From: an uncultured delta proteobacterium
Lineage (GTDB): Bacteria > Desulfobacterota > Desulfomonilia > UBA1062
Assembly: GCA_963785235.1 (NCBI GenBank)
Contig: CAWAUM010000013.1
Coordinates: 128,001 to 192,000, forward strand
Length of the DNA: 64,000 nt
Reading direction: 5' to 3'
Shown here: positions 62,251-64,000 of the stretch, in pieces
Numbering within the stretch: the stretch's first letter is position 1
How the letters are laid out: every line of letters begins with the position of its first letter
The notes under the pieces: generated by a model
Databases searched by the model: none
Told to the model about the DNA's origin: nothing
What the model saw: the letters and a program-made list of their open reading frames with translations, nothing else
Program-made: the position numbers and the translations under genes

Positions 62251-63936
62251 ATGAGCAATGGGACGGAAAAGATCATATATTCCATGATGAGGGTAAGCAA
62301 ATCTTACCAGAACAAACCGGTAATAAAGGATATTTCCCTGTCTTATTTTTACGGGGCCAAGATCGGTGTGCTCGGTCTGAACGGGTCAGGAAAAAGTACG
62401 CTGCTGCGCATCATGGCCGGTGTTGATGATAAGTTCGACGGCAAGGCTATCATCTCGCCGGGATACACCTTAGGACTGCTTGAACAGGAGCCCAAGCTCG
62501 ACGCGGACAAGACGGTGAAGGCAGTTGTGGAAGAAGGCCTGCAGGATACCGTTGACCTGGTCAAGGAGTATAATGCCATCAGCGAAAAATTCTCAGAGCC
62601 CATGAGTGACGACGAGATGGACAAGCTCATGGCACGACAGGGTGAGTTGCAGGAAAAGATCGACCACGTCAATGCCTGGGATATCGAGTCACGCCTGGAC
62701 ATGGCCATGGATGCGCTGCGCTGCCCCCCTGCCGATACACCCATCCGTGTTCTTTCAGGCGGTGAAAAGAGGCGGGTGGCCCTGTGCAGGCTCCTGCTGC
62801 AGAAACCCGACATCCTTCTTCTGGATGAACCGACCAATCATCTTGACGCAGAGACTGTGGCCTGGCTTGAGCATCACCTCCAGCAGTATGAAGGCACGGT
62901 CATCGCGGTCACCCATGACCGGTATTTTCTGGATAACGTAGCCGGCTGGATCCTGGAGCTTGACCGGGGATACGGCATCCCCTGGAAGGGCAACTACTCG
63001 TCCTGGCTCGAGCAGAAGCAGAACAGGCTCGCCACTGAGGAGAAGCATGAGTCAGAGCGGCAGAAGACCCTGCAGCGGGAATTGGAGTGGATTCACATGT
63101 CACCCAAGGGCCGCCATGCCAAGGCAAAGGCGCGCATCAATTCATATGAGAACCTCCTGAATCAGAACTTCGAGAAAGAGGACCGCGAGCTCGAGATCTA
63201 TATCCCGCCGGGACCACGCCTGGGAAAGCTCGTCATACAGGCGGAGAATGTTTCCAAGGCTTACGGAGAAAATCTGCTCTTTGAGAATATGAATTTCTCG
63301 CTGCCCGCAGGTGGTATCGTGGGCATTATCGGTCCCAACGGCGCAGGCAAGACAACACTCTTCAGGATGATAACCGGTAAGGAACAGCCCGACAGCGGCA
63401 CCATCAGGATCGGAGAGTCCGTAAAGCTCTCCTATGTCGACCAGGAACGTGACACCCTGGATCCCGGCAAGAACATCTGGGAAGTGATATCCGGCGGCCA
63501 CGATACGATAGAGCTCGGCAAGCAGGAGGTGAACTCCAGGGCCTATGTGGCGCGGTTCAACTTCTCGGGAACCGACCAGCAGAAAAAGGTGAACATGATC
63601 TCGGGCGGAGAACGCAACCGCGTGCACCTCGCATGCATGCTCAAGGAAGGCGCCAATGTGCTGCTTTTGGACGAACCGACCAACGATCTGGACGTGAACA
63701 CCATGCGCGCCCTTGAGGAAGCCCTGGAGCACTTTGGCGGATGTGCGGTCATCATCACCCACGACCGCTGGTTTTTAGACCGCATTGCCACGCATATCCT
63801 TGCCTTCGAGGGGGACAGCTCCGTGGTATGGTCCGAAGGCAATTACTCCGATTACGAGGCGGACAGGAAGAAGAGGCTTGGCAAGGCAGCCGACCAGCCG
63901 CACAGGATCAAGTACCGGCACCTGACTAGGGGGTAG
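62251..63936 (+). CDS. ettA: ABC-F translational throttle EttA
   Basis: YGAKIGVLGLNGSGKST, LSGGE, RELEW...PKGRHAK, a second ABC domain and PHRIKYR. Confidence 0.95.
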   Translation: MSNGTEKIIYSMMRVSKSYQNKPVIKDISLSYFYGAKIGVLGLNGSGKSTLLRIMAGVDDKFDGKAIISPGYTLGLLEQEPKLDADKTVKAVVEEGLQDTVDLVKEYNAISEKFSEPMSDDEMDKLMARQGELQEKIDHVNAWDIESRLDMAMDALRCPPADTPIRVLSGGEKRRVALCRLLLQKPDILLLDEPTNHLDAETVAWLEHHLQQYEGTVIAVTHDRYFLDNVAGWILELDRGYGIPWKGNYSSWLEQKQNRLATEEKHESERQKTLQRELEWIHMSPKGRHAKAKARINSYENLLNQNFEKEDRELEIYIPPGPRLGKLVIQAENVSKAYGENLLFENMNFSLPAGGIVGIIGPNGAGKTTLFRMITGKEQPDSGTIRIGESVKLSYVDQERDTLDPGKNIWEVISGGHDTIELGKQEVNSRAYVARFNFSGTDQQKKVNMISGGERNRVHLACMLKEGANVLLLDEPTNDLDVNTMRALEEALEHFGGCAVIITHDRWFLDRIATHILAFEGDSSVVWSEGNYSDYEADRKKRLGKAADQPHRIKYRHLTRG

Positions 63937-63978
63937 ACCGGTCGTTTGTGGAATGAAGAAGAACAGGAGGAGAAATCC

Positions 63979-64000
63979 ATGAAAGTGGTCGCCTTTAACG
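63979..64000 (+). CDS. 5' end of a probable flavodoxin-family protein (truncated by window)
   Basis: AGGAGG SD then MKVVAFN(G), typical of NAD(P)H-dependent FMN reductase/flavodoxin N-termini; only 7 codons are visible. Confidence 0.45.

Noticed and set aside
9615-63762. Long antisense or overlapping ORFs (e.g. 9615-10538, 12778-13770, 21943-22902, 45474-46622, 55113-56012)
   Set aside because: They are shadows of well-supported genes on the opposite strand and have no motifs of their own.

Overview
Bacterial chromosomal window; gene content and protein style suggest an anaerobic deltaproteobacterium (Desulfobacterota-like; inference). From 1 to 26.5 kb it holds glgP, a complete tol-pal-cpoB operon and an orphan PAS histidine kinase on the minus strand, back-to-back with a dcw cluster (mraZ to ftsZ, no ddl, followed by alr) on the plus strand. 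From 26.5 to 38.4 kb it is more accessory: a large repeat-rich secreted protein, an M48 protease, an XPB helicase with a WYL-tailed partner, an orphan nucleotidyltransferase and a Cys-rich FN3 lipoprotein. From 38.4 to 64 kb it holds larE/mnmA/MOSC, a FadR-controlled operon (molybdopterin enzyme, Fe-S protein, flavin reductase), hydrolases, ndk, ftsH, msrAB, typA, ychF and ettA. About 17 single-base frameshifts, several in essential genes, point to long-read assembly errors rather than pseudogenes. The best leads are: (1) an acetylene-hydratase-like Mo/W enzyme with altered catalytic and ligand residues in a regulated catabolic operon; (2) a dispersed ~210-bp MITE-like element with a covarying 28-bp hairpin; (3) an unannotated 44-aa ORF between mraY and murD; (4) GTAG-type REP/REPIN elements; (5) an orphan nucleotidyltransferase with a perfect palindrome at its start codon.
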